From Eledone cirrhosa (Eukaryota), in the NCBI GenBank assembly GCA_964016885.1, contig OZ024741.1:157976001-158040000 (forward strand): a stretch of 64,000 nucleotides of DNA, in the 5' to 3' direction. The position numbers and the translations under genes are program-made. Under the pieces are notes generated by a model. That model did not search any database, was not told the origin of the DNA, and saw only the letters and a list, made by a program, of their open reading frames with translations. This document shows, piece by piece, positions 43,681 through 56,118 of the stretch. Position 1 is the first letter of the stretch, and each line of letters opens with the position of its first letter.

Positions 43681-44304
43681 ATCTTGGCCAAGTACTTCAG
43701 GAATCTGTCAATAGCTTCCAGGTTGAGCAGCCTCCAGAAGAGATAATATAGGTTTCCCCTCATTGCCATCCAGAATCTGCCTGAGAATGTTGTTACTCCC
43801 AGCCATCATTAATGCTTCCCTGATTGTATTTTTAATGAAATATACTCTATTTCAATAATGAACAATTTGGAGGGTTTTACTAAAATTATCAATTATTTTA
43901 TTACTAAAATATTAACTTAGCATAATGTTCTTTTATAAAATTATTTTGGAAGATTTTAATGTAAATAGGAACCCTATAACCCTTTTGTGATCATATTTCT
44001 AATGCAATACACTCTATTTCAATGAATGAAGAATTTTGAAGAATTTACTAAAATGATTAAGTATATCATTACTAAGAGAGTATCTTAACATATGGTTCTT
44101 ATATAAAATCATGTTGCAAGATTTTAATTTAAATAAGAACCTTTTAAAATGGTTGGTTTTGTTTTATAGAACCAGAATTGGTTTTGGCCAGGCAGATATC
44201 TAAAGGATTTATTGACTATAGAATATTAAGGCTGACATGCAGCCAATAACAATGGAATGAAATGAAAAGAAAAATGTAGGTTTTACTCTCTTCATATGAG
44301 GTTG

Positions 44305-44830
44305 TTGTTGTTACAGCTCACATCTATGCAGGTTTAGCTAGCCTCTTATGAGGTATCTCATAAGGGGTTTCTTAGGTGTTATAATAATAGGGGCCCAAGT
44401 CCTATCATGTTGTTACAGCTCACATCTATGCAGGTTTAGCTAGCTTCTTATGAGGTATCTCATAGGAGGTTTCTTAGGTGTTATAATGATAGAGGCCCAG
44501 TCCTATCATGTTTTTTACAGCTCACACTATGTAGGTTTAGCTGGCTTCCTGTGAGGTTGCATCTCATAGGAGATTTCTCAGGTCTTTTAATGATATAGAC
44601 TCCAACCTTATCATGTTGCTACTGCAGCTTGCACCTATGCAGGTTTAGCTGGTCTCTAACAAGGTTCCATTTTATAGGAGGTTTCTCTGGTGTTTTAATA
44701 AGGCTCCCAATCCTGTCACGAATAGTAATGTGTAATGAAGCATCTTGCTTAAGAACAATTCAGCACCTGGTCCTGGAATCGAATACACAACCTTATGATT
44801 GTAAATACTACACCCTAACCACTAGGCCAT
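44305..44830 (-). mobile_element. tRNA-headed SINE with 4x tandem ~100-bp 3' module
   Basis: Head ggcctagtggttaggg at ~44828. Four units of tgttacagctcacatctatgcaggtttagct...cctatca. Single-unit relatives at ~14530-14720, 40805-41010 and 2765-2850. Confidence 0.7.
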
Positions 44831-45159
44831 GTACTGGACTTTATTGCCAGCTGCATTATCCCACTGATAAATAACGATACTGATTTCTATAATGGTATGA
44901 GTATAGCAGGTGTGGGACCCACCAGAATTATATGATACACGAGCCCTGGTTACATATGTCGAGGGAGATAGACATGACATGAAGCTGGTATTTAATTTAG
45001 AGTTCCATTTCCTGATTAGCTAAAAGGCTAAGACAGTACTAGTGAAATTTCAACTGAAGGGTAAATGTTAATAACAATGGTGGCAGAGGTGATTGTGGTG
45101 GAGATGGTGGACGTGGGGGTGGGCGTTGGGGGTGGACATAGTGATGGTGGTGATGAGGA

Positions 45160-45251
45160 TGGTTGTATGGAGATGATTGTAATGATGATGATATCGATGG
45201 TGGTGATAATTATCATGGCGATGATGGTGACAATAATGATAATGGTGGTAG

Positions 45252-45286
<35 letters not shown>

Positions 45287-45296
45287 GTGGTGGTAG

Positions 45297-45328
<32 letters not shown>

Positions 45329-45331
45329 ATG

Positions 45332-45363
<32 letters not shown>

Positions 45364-45422
45364 GATGATGGTAGTGGTGATGATGATGATGGTAGTGGTG
45401 GTGATGATGATGATGATGGTAG

Positions 45423-45463
<41 letters not shown>

Positions 45464-45467
45464 GTAG

Positions 45468-45499
<32 letters not shown>

Positions 45500-45590
45500 G
45501 TAGTGATGATGGTAGTGGTGATGATGATGATGGTAGTGATGATGGTAATGGTGATGGTAGTGGTGATGATGATGATGATGATGATGGTGG

Positions 45591-45625
<35 letters not shown>

Positions 45626-45805
45626 GTGATGGTGGTGATGATGATGATGATGATGATGATGGTGGTAGTGATGATGGTAGTGGTGATGGTAGTGGTGATG
45701 ATGATGATGATGATGATGGTGGTGATGATGATGATGATGATGATGATAGTGGAGGTGAATGTGGCGATGCTGGTAGTGATGATGGTTATGGCAGTGGTGG
45801 TAATG
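45160..45805. repeat. (GAT)n/(GGT/AGT) trinucleotide microsatellite
   Basis: Direct reading. Confidence 0.95.
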
Positions 45806-46176
45806 GTGTCGTTAGTGGAGGGAAATGAGACAGTAAAGCAAAGATATAATGAAAACATATGGTGTATTCTATATTCCGACAGATGAATTATCTAATGTAT
45901 ATAGTGCCATGCTGATCTGTTGTGTGTGTAAATGTGTGTGAATGTCTGTGTGTAAATGTGTGTTAGTGTGTGTGTGTGTGTGTGGGCACATATGTGTGTA
46001 TGTATGCATATATGTATGTATGTACATATGTATGCGTGTATATATGTGTGTCTGCAAGCGGCTGTTCAAATGTTGATGATGATGATGATATGTATCTATA
46101 TCTATTAATATAACTGTATTTTTGTATCCTTGTGTTTGTTTTGTTTCCTTTATTAACTATATATATATATATATGT

Positions 46177-46359
46177 GTGAGTCCCGGGTTCAATCTGGGG
46201 TAACCACAGTAAGGTACTCAATACATAGCAGAATATAAATATTTAATAATCATTCAAAGGAAATCATCAGGAAAGCTTTATGATTTTCTTCGAATGAAAC
46301 AGTTCTAGTCCTGTAGAAGCCATTTCTATATTAAATTTGTTATATATATATACATACAT

Positions 46360-46404
<45 letters not shown>

Positions 46405-46517
46405 ATATAGAAATGGCTTCTACAGGACTAGAACTGTTTCCGGGAGAAATCATCAGTGCTTCCTGATGATTTCTCCCAAATCAAACAGTTCTAGTCCTGT
46501 AGAAGCCATTTCTATAT

Positions 46518-46584
<67 letters not shown>

Positions 46585-46812
46585 ATGTATATATATATAT
46601 ATATATAACAAATTTAATATAGAAATGGCTTCTACAGGACTAGAACTGTTTCATTCAAAGAAAATCATAAAGCTCTCCTGATGATTTCCTTCGAATGAAA
46701 CAATTTTAGTCCTGTAGAAGCCATTTCTATATTAAATGTGTTGTATACACTCTACTAATGTTTTGAGTACCTTACTTACTGTGGTTACTCTCGATTGAAC
46801 CTGGGACTCACA
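46177..46812. repeat. ~630-bp nested palindrome built from a PLE-like terminal repeat
   Basis: Inner symmetry centre ~46459 (catcag tgcttc ctgatg). Unit aaacagttctagtcctgtagaagccatttctatattaaat occurs in alternating orientation. Related copies at 54465-54618 and 59370-59430. Confidence 0.85.
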
Positions 46813-47038
46813 TATATATTTATATATATATATATACATATGATGATGATGACATATACATATATATACATATATATATATATATAATGAACTAATTTAC
46901 AGGGAAAATATAATACAACAAAAACAAATGATACTGAAAACATACACATATGCATGTGTATATATATATATATATACACTGGAATCAATATATATATCAA
47001 CAAATATATATATATATGTAGTTACACACCTAACTAAC

Positions 47039-47071
<33 letters not shown>

Positions 47072-47121
47072 AAAATACAAATATTAATAAAATAGATGTT
47101 CTTTTTATCAATTACATTTTA

Positions 47122-47166
47122 TTATACATATTTCGGATGTTCAACAGTACGTCCTCATCAGACAAA
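47122..47166 (-). ncRNA. Degenerate hammerhead motif
   Basis: Minus strand CTGATGA-ggacgt...acatcc-GAAA-tatgTA, with stem I poorly paired. Flanked by a ~25-bp inverted repeat (~47069-47093 / ~47223-47248). Confidence 0.4.
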
Positions 47167-47344
47167 ATATATATGACATACCCTGAGATGTTAAATGATT
47201 AAGATTTAATCAAGGTAGTGATTATTTTATTAATATTTGTATTTTAATATTAATAACTCTGGAAAATTATTTTCCATAAAGTGCTTCCAATCTACTGTAA
47301 AACTCATTCTTTGATATACTCATTGAATATTGTTTAACTCTTTA

Positions 47345-47377
<33 letters not shown>

Positions 47378-47541
47378 TATGTGTATGTATATATATATAC
47401 TTCACATACATACATATTCAAGCACACACACGCACCCTTTTTACTGGCATCATATTTCCTTAGGTAAAAATAATGATGACTACTTCTTTCCTCAAACATA
47501 CTGAATCAATATAAATAACGTTACAACAATATTTCACAAAC

Positions 47542-47790
47542 CTGTATCTTCTGTCCCATATGGACGGCTTGAGAAGGAGAGAGAAAAGTTCTTCTGTAGC
47601 CTTGCTTGTAAAATGAAAACCACTACTACTACTATCTTGAAAAGAATAAAATGAACGACAGTTACAACGACAACCACGGCCCACGATTGCGAAGGTGGGT
47701 GTTAGTAAGCACGCCAAAGATACAACGTTTATGGGAGGTGTTTATAATATATGTATATGATATTTATATTTGCGGGGGTGTGGCGCTTGT
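47542..47790 (-). promoter_or_regulatory. Candidate promoter / non-coding first exon for the minus-strand gene
   Basis: Non-repetitive, locally CpG-enriched stretch. TATAAA on minus strand at 47741-47746 and possible donor CAG|GTTTGT at ~47541. The ATG exon has an upstream acceptor, so a 5' UTR exon must exist somewhere upstream. Confidence 0.22.
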
Positions 47791-48384
47791 AGATTTGTAG
47801 TTGTATTGGTTCAGGTGGTGATGAATCAATCAAATTTTGGTCTTTAGGAGTGAAATAATGAATTAAACCATTTCGTTACCAAATTATTATAAATGCATTA
47901 TATAATAGGGATGTATACAAAAATAGAATAAGTGTTGTGTTTACGCCAAATTTTAGTTCTTTCGTTATAATATTTCTAATGAAAGATACTGTTGACGATT
48001 TTCAAATTATTTTGAAAATAATCAAGATGAATTTAATAATGCAATGAATATGATGGAAGATTTTTAGATAAATATAAACTCTAAAAAGAAAAACCTTCCA
48101 TCATAACGATGTATGGGAGGAGGGAGAAGTGATGAGAAAGAAGAGAACACTCTATTGTATAAAATACAGAAATACGACAAACGTTATCATAGATGTAAAG
48201 ATAGAAGCATACACAATGACATAGGTTTATTCATTCTCACCTATCTATCTTATTTATCGATCTATCTATCTATCTATTTATATCTATCTGCCTGTCTGTC
48301 TGTTCTGTCTATCAATCTATCTATCTATCTATCCATATCTATCTGTCTGTCTGTCTATCTATCTATCTATATCTATCTATCTGT

Positions 48385-49180
48385 CTATAATATTTTACAC
48401 GTTTTTATTGTATGTAAACTCCCCCTTTGTATTTGTCCCTTCTTTTTATGCCTTTATGGTAAATAAAGAAATATATCTATCTATCTGTCTATAATATTTT
48501 ACACGTTTTTATTGTATGTAAACTTCCCCCTTTGTATTTGTCCCCTTCTTTTGTGCCCCTGTGGCTAATAAAGAAACATATCTATTAGTATGTCAATCTA
48601 TGTCTGTTTCTGGCGAAAGAGGTTGTATGGTGGACAAGGTTGAAAGGGCTGAGGTCAGACACCTTTCTCTCCGGCCAACAACTGATTCTTTTTTTTCAAA
48701 TACCACTTTGGAAGAAGAATCAGGATGGAGAGAGAGGTGCTGTACCCCAGCAAGTTTTATGAAAGGTGGGTGAAAGTGGCGAGAATGGGCCGAGTGAATG
48801 GGCCTTCTCTCTATATCAGCCTGTAGGTTGAGGAAAAAGAGGAAGAGAGGCAAGGGGTACTCACTCTTCGTACTCCTGGAGATGAGGGTTGCACATTTTT
48901 TTTCGGGGGTATGTGTTACCCATATGTAGTGTCTCCCCCTATTGGGGAAAATCGATTAATTTTTAAATTGCATTTGTGATAATATTTTACACGTTTTTAT
49001 TGTATGTAAACTTCCCCCTTTGTATTTGTCCCCTTCTTTTGTGCCCCTGTGGCTAATAAAGAAACATATCTATCAGTATGTTTGTTTTTATATTTTTTGC
49101 ACGACTGTATGTAAAATCCCCGGCATATCTTTGTATTGTCCCCTTTTCTTGTGCGCCCTTGTGGCTAATAAAGAAATATA
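48385..49180 (+). mobile_element. Tx1-like LINE 3' end plus stacked 3'-terminal copies in (TCTA)n
   Basis: Frame from 48610 reads LAKEVVWWTRLKG...(frameshift)...EREVL..KFYERWVKVARM*. Four tails of type tgtccccttcttttgtgcccctgtggctaataaagaaa. Confidence 0.65.
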
Positions 49181-49445
49181 TCGATCAGTATGTCAATCTG
49201 TCTGTCTTTTTATCTATCTATCTTTCTGTCTGTCTGTCTATATCTATCTATCTTTCTGTCTGTCTGTCTATATCTATCTATCTTTCTGTCTGTCTGTCTG
49301 TCTATATCTATCTGTCTGTCTGGTTGTCAATCTTTCTTTCTGTCTATCTATCTATCAAACCTATCAATCTATCTCTATCTATATATATATCTATATATCT
49401 ATATATCTACCAACTTATCTATCGATCGATCGATCGATCTAGCTA

Positions 49446-49476
<31 letters not shown>

Positions 49477-49592
49477 GTCAATGTTGCCTGTCACTCTGTC
49501 CATATGTATGTATATATATGTATGTACAATATATATATATGTATGTATAATCTACCTATATGTATAGGTGTCTGTCTGTCTATTTATCTGAA

Positions 49593-49629
<37 letters not shown>

Positions 49630-49816
49630 CGAGAGAGGGGGAGAGAGAGAGGGGAGAAATGGATAGATAGATTAATATTTCATAAGTGAGTGAAATAGAA
49701 CTAGTCCTGTAAAAGTCACTCTCAATGAATTATAAAATACCAGATCTATCAGATGTATTGAGTACTTTATTTTAACTGTGGCTACTTTTTGTTTTGTTTT
49801 TAACAAAACACCATGC

Positions 49817-49866
<50 letters not shown>

Positions 49867-49867
<1 letters not shown>

Positions 49868-50060
49868 AAAATGTTTAACCCCGACGGCAGAGCTCAAGCT
49901 GTTTCGACGGCTATTTCTGGAGTCCAGAAATAGCCGTCGAAACAGCTTCAGCTCTGCCGTCGGGGTTAAACATTTTCCTATTACCCACTCTACTACCCTA
50001 AGTATTGAGTACTCTGGTGCGTTATGGTCCATCTGGTTCCTTACCACACCTCCTTCGTTA
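49867..50060 (+). mobile_element. Short element with ~110-nt near-perfect 5' hairpin
   Basis: aaaatgtttaaccccgacggcagagct...tttctgga|gtccagaaatagccgtcgaaacagc...gggttaaacatttt. Second copy at 58470-58662. Confidence 0.8.
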
Positions 50061-50139
50061 TATGTATATATATATCATCATCATCATCATCATCATTTTA
50101 CGTCCGTTTTCCTTGCTTGCAAGGGTATATATATATATA

Positions 50140-50750
50140 TGTGTGGTGGCTGCCAACTCGTTTTCTAGTACAGCCACTACTTTATATCCATGTAGGAGAA
50201 CCCCTACTGATGCGCTGAACGAGTGTGACTTTTTAGTCCAGCCAGCGACTTGAAAACTCTGGTACAAACACTACACTTGTGACAATTATTGACACATAGT
50301 GCTGGGCCCATAGTACCATGTGACGACAAGTGCAGAGAGATCTCCAGATATAAAGCAATGCCTGTGCCATGAAGCTTTTATAGAGACCAAAGGCACTGCA
50401 CAAAGCCAGTCCCACTCTCTTAACCAAGATGATATTTACCAAAAAGAAGAACAAGTCAACATCATTGGATACCATCAGGGTTGCAGGTGTTATATCAGAG
50501 TTTTCCTTCTCCTAGAATTCTGCCTTGACAAAGGCTAAGGGGTCATCTCTCCCGGTGATTTTGGATGGCCATTGATTCTTAAGAGCTCCTTTGCCCTTTG
50601 ACAGGTTTTGTTTTTAGTCCTGCAGGATGTCCAAAGTCATCCTCCTCACCAAGAAACCTTGGTGGGGTTGCCAGTTTAGTCGCCAACGACCCGACCATGA
50701 GACAGGTTGTACTGGGATACATGTTACCAGTAGCACCAACTGGTGACCTG
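50140..50750 (-). mobile_element. Probable RTE-type 5' UTR fragment
   Basis: Minus strand ctaggagaaggaaaactctga and gactaaactggcaacccc, resembling recalled RTE 5' regions. Similar weak piece at ~27410-27460 (+). Confidence 0.4.
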
Positions 50751-50802
50751 ACATATATATATATATATACATATATACACACACAAACACACACATATAT
50801 AT

Positions 50803-50803
50803 T

Positions 50804-50836
<33 letters not shown>

Positions 50837-53800
50837 GTTTAACGTCTATCTTCCACGCTAGCATGGGTTTAGACGGGAATTGTCCCACTTGAGGCAAGAT
50901 TGGTTGTCTTGCTCGTATAGGACTGTCTGGCAGATTTTCTACGGCTGGATGCCTTTCCTAACACCAACCACGTTTACAGTGTGGACTGGGAGGTTTTTAC
51001 CGTTTTACCTACACGGCCACATTACAGCGTGGACTGTGTGTTTTTTTGTCGTGACACCTACACGACCTCATTTATTTAGGACTGGATGTTGTGGCACCAA
51101 CATAACTTTACAGAGAGAGGGGTGGTGCAGATGGGGGTGGGGTAGGGGTAGTGAGATGGGGGTGTATTTTTGGTTAGGAGGTGCCTACTGACTGTAGATA
51201 CGCTTTGTACTTAGACAAGGCGGGTCTTCTGTATTACTGCATAGCGCCAAATATCTCGGTCCAGTGACATTGTCTTGGAGAGGTGTAAGTGTGTAAGGTC
51301 GGAATTTAACATATCGTCCCAGGTTTTTCTGGGTTTGCCTACTCCGTAGCTTCCATCTATTTTGATCGCCCTGCACTTTATTATACAGCTGTAGTCTTTC
51401 ATGCGCATCACGTGACCATACTAACGTAGTCTTCTCTCGAGTAAACAGCATGTGATCCCTATATTCCTAATTTCTCACTTAGTTCCTTTATGTTTTGCCG
51501 TTCACGTATATTGCTATTACACATCCAACGGAGCATGCAAGCTTCGTTCCTCTCCAGTCCGCGCAGATCCTCTGCACACAATGCCCATGTCTCACTGCCA
51601 TGTAACATTGCTGTTCGTATGCAGGCATCATACAGTCTCCCTTTCAGGGAGAAACCTTTAGCAGCCAATAGTAGTATAAGCTCTCTGAACATTTTCCATC
51701 CCGTTCTGACTCTAGCTACTGTACTTTCAGAGCACCCTCCACCACTGCTGATTTTGTCACCTAGGTAACGGAAGGTGGCCACTATTTCTATAGAACCATC
51801 TGGGCAATGGAAGGAGCTAGTATCTTTTGGGCACTTGCTACTACTTATTGCACCTGAGCATCGGCCACATATAAAATCTATGTTCTTAGTTAGTTTACCT
51901 GTGATCCCACTACATCTTTTATGCGCCCATACTTTGCATTTGGGACATAAAATGGAGTTTCTGCCTACTCCTTTCCTACACACTGAGCATGACCATTCCC
52001 CAGAGGGGACCAGTGCCCTATTTTCCTTCCTACATACTAGAACTTTAGTCTTAGACAAGTTAATTTTAAGGCCTTTTGATTCTAGGCCATGCTTCCAAGT
52101 TTAGAATTTCTTCTCTAGTTCAGCCATTGATTCAGCTATGAGCATTAGATCATCTGCATATAGAAGTTCCCATGGGCAGCCGGTTTTGAACTCCTCTGTT
52201 ATAGCCTGAAGGGCAATAATAAATAGGGGGGGGGGGCTAAGAACAGAGCCCTGATGAACACCGACTTTTACGCTAAATTCTTCACTATCTTCGTTGTTAA
52301 TTCTAACCTTGCTGACTGTTTTTTTATACATGGCTTGTATAGCTCTCACGAGCCATTCATCAACACCTAGTTTTCTAAGATAATGGAGCAGGGGACTCTG
52401 TCAAAGGCTTTCTCCAAGTCAACAAAAGCTAAGTATAGGTGTTTACTTTTAGCTAGGAATTTCTGTAGTTGTCGTACAAGGAAAAGAATGTCTGTGGTAC
52501 TTTTACCTGACACAAACCCAAACTGCATTTCATCTAGATCAATTTGCTCTCTGATTAGTTGCGCTATAACTTTTTCTGTGACCTTCATGACGTGGTCAAT
52601 TAATTTAATGCCTCTATAGTTTCCCCTATCTAGGGAATCTCCTTTACTCTTGTAGCAGTTAATGATGATGCTGCTACACTAGTCATTTGATATGACCCCA
52701 TTCTGTATGACTTGGTTTACTATCCGAGAGACCATAGTGTGTCCCACCAATCCAGATGCTTTCAGCATTTCAGCAACTATCTCCAAAAGCCCAGCTGCAA
52801 TGCCTGTCTTCATATCTTTGATTGCCTTACTTATTATACTACCTTCAACTTGCACTGCTGGTCCCTCTATTGGATCGATTTGTGGCACTTTTTCCCACTT
52901 ATTCTCCTCATTTAGTAGCCTCTCGTAGTGACACTTCCAAGCTACCTTCTTATCAGTATCAGTGATGGCAAGTATACCATCATCATTACGGACACACTTT
53001 TCCCCGACAATATCACGGTTTTCCTTGACACATTGTCTAGCAATCCTGAACACCTCACGTTTTTGGTCCTCACGTTGTAGAACATGCTTGAACTTTCTTT
53101 CCTCTGCTTCCCTTCTTGCAAGGTACACTTGTCTCCTAGCTTCCCTCCTGGCCACTCGATAGTGTTATCTACTTCCCCCATCCCCCATACTTTCCAAGCT
53201 TGCTTTTTGGCCTTGATTGACTCCTCCACTTTACTGTTCCACCACCACGTTACTCTCCTCCTGCCTTTAGGTCTGCTCCAGCCACAGATTTCATCTGTCA
53301 CCTTCAGCAGGTTAACTTTCAGGAATTCCCACTGTTCCTCTATACTGTACGTCTCTAATTGCTCTTCCGTACTGTCAAAAGCATCAAGTAGTATGCTTTT
53401 AAATTTGTTACTGGCTGTGGGGTCCTTTAACTTCCATATTCTTCTTCTCAGGGTGGTCCTCCTCTGTTGTTGAGTACGTCTCGTCCTGACTATGAGTTCA
53501 CTAACTATGAGACTATGTTGGGAGGTGCATTCTTCATGGGGGAGGGATTTAGTGTTTACCGACACTTTGTCACGTCTTCTAATAAGGATATAATCTATCT
53601 GACTGGCATGTTCCCCTGATCTATAGGTGATCAAGTGGTTGTCTCATTTTTTGAAGTTTGTGTTACAGATAGTTAGGTTATTTGCGTCACAGAATTCCAG
53701 AATTCTGGAGCCTTCGTCATTTCTAGTACCAAACCCGTAGCCTCCATGGATTCCGTCATAGCCGTCACAATGTTGTCCAACAGGACCATTTAGGTCGCCA

Positions 53801-53920
53801 GCAATAATTATGTAGTCACTGTTGGTTATTTGGGAGGTAGTGAGCATTAGCAACTCATAGAATCTGTCTTTTATAATGCCAGGCAGTCCAGATTGGGGTG
53901 CGTAAGCAGATATTATTGTC
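50803..53920 (-). mobile_element. Long, 5'-truncated RTE LINE (EN + RT + PHD-like), frameshifted
   Basis: IISAYAPQSG, GDLNG, SQIDYIL, QFGF, FVDLEKAFDRVP, LLYADDL, CSVC..CPKC..HKRC, (gat)n tail. Confidence 0.95.
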
Positions 53921-54760
53921 ACAGATATTCACACGCTCGTGCACACACACACACACACACACACAGAGGTATATATATCATATAGTTCCATTCACAAGAC
54001 ATTTGACAACCTGAACCAATAGTAGAAGACATATGCCAAAGGTAGTATATAGTAGGTCTAAATCTAGAACCATGTACTTGGATGGTTCTGGGTTCTGTCC
54101 TACTATGCAGCCCCTTGGACATATGTCTACTATAACATCATGTTGACCAATGCCTTCTGAATGGAATTTGGTAGATAGAAATTGCAATAACCCATTATAT
54201 ATATGTATATATAGTGTAATATGATGGCTGAAGCCTGATGACATCTGTTTTCCTCTCATACCAGTAATTGGTTTAGAAGAGTGAGATTGTCTTTTACTTT
54301 ACATGGTGGGATGTGCCTCTAGTGAGTGGAATTGGGTGTAAGGTTTATGGATTGTGCTTGTTTGGGTTTGTGGATAGCATTGGTTTAGTGTAGATTAGTT
54401 TATGTTTAGGTTAAAGCAATTCAAGATTAGTTATGTGTGTATATATATATAGAGAGATATCTGTATCCCGGGTTCATTCGGGGGTAACCACAGTAAGTAA
54501 GGTACTCAATACATTGCAGAGTATAAATATTTAATATAGAAATGGCTTCTACAGGACTAGAATTGTTTCATTCGAAGAAAACAGTTCTAGTCCTGTAGAA
54601 GCCATTTCTATATTAAATATATACATATATATACATATATACATGTATACATACATATATATATATACATTCATATATATATATATATACATATATCTAT
54701 ATATATATATATATATATACATACATTCATATATATATATATATATATACACATTCATAT

Positions 54761-55959
54761 ATCATCATCATCATCATCACCGTTTTACGTCCGTTCTTCC
54801 ACGCTAGCATGGGTTAGACGGGTTGTCCTGTTGTGGGCAGTGTCTGGTCGGCTGACCATGCCTTGCTCATACAGGAACTGATCTGGCTTGATTTCTACAG
54901 CTGGATGCCCTTCCTAACACCAACCTCATTTACAGTGAGTGCTGGGTGCTTTTTCGTGGCGCCTACACGTCCACTTTACAGTGTGGGCTGGGTGCTTTTT
55001 TGCCGTGGCACCTCCACGACCACCTTGCGGTGGGGGGGGGGCATATTGTTTATATGCTTCAGCATGTACCCATGGGAGGTCGGGTACCCTGTATTACTGC
55101 GTGACGCCAGAAGTCACGGTCGTGTGTCATTGACTTTGAGAGGTGTAGTTGGGTAAGGTCGGCTTTTATCACCTCATCCCAAGTCATCTTGGGTCTCCCC
55201 ACTCCGCGGTTTCCATCAACTTCTAGTGCTCTGCACCTTTTTATGCAGCTGTCATCCTTCATACGCATCACATGTCCATACCAGCGTAACCGCCTCTCCT
55301 GCACGCAGCATTTGATTCCTCTTATGCTCAGTCTCTCTCTCAATTCATTTATGCTTTGTCGTTCACGTATATTACTGTTACACATCCATCGGAGCATGCA
55401 GGCTTCGTTTCTCTCTAATCTACGTAAGTCTTCCACCTTCAGCGCCCAGGTCTCACTACCATGCAACATCGCTGTTCGGATACACGCATCATACAGTCTG
55501 CCTTTCATTCTGAGGGAGAAGCCTTTTGCAGCTAGCAGTGGTAGTAGTTCCCTAAACTTCTTCCATCCCGTTCTTACCCTAGTTATTGTACTTTCTGAGC
55601 ACCCACCTCCGTTGCTAATTCGGTCACCTAGGTAGCAGAAGCTGTCTACTGTTTCTACAGGGCCCTCCCAGAGATTGGTGGTACTTGTTTCCTGTGGCTG
55701 TTTGCTTGCTGTTTCAGCACAGCTGCTGCATGTGAATCCTACATTCTTAATTAAGCTTCCTGAGATCCCGCTACATCTCTTGTGTACCCATTGTTTGCAT
55801 TTGGGGCAAAGAATGGAGTTCCTACCTACACCTTTCCTACATACTGAGCAAGGCCATTTCCCTGAGGGGATCTGGGTTCTGTTTTCTCGTCTACTTATAA
55901 GGACCTTAGTCTTTGTCATGTTGACTTTGAGGCCCTTTCTCTCTAGTCCCTGCTTCCAT
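54761..55959 (-). mobile_element. Young RTE LINE 3' fragment
   Basis: Uninterrupted ~300 aa [19 protein letters not shown]...RLRWYGHV...GRPKMTW, followed by the 3' UTR module and (gat)n. Confidence 0.93.
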
Positions 55960-56018
55960 TCATATATATGTACACACATATATACATATATATTATTATA
56001 CATATTTATATATATACG

Positions 56019-56118
<100 letters not shown>

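Noticed and set aside
45028-45886. Poly-Asp/Gly, poly-Met/Val and poly-Ile ORFs (e.g. aspein-like acidic protein)
   Set aside because: Pure GAT/GGT microsatellite that is open in several frames. No signal peptide or splice support.
50140-50750. HDV-like ribozyme in the putative RTE 5' UTR
   Set aside because: Known for some RTEs, but a nested double pseudoknot could not be identified by eye.
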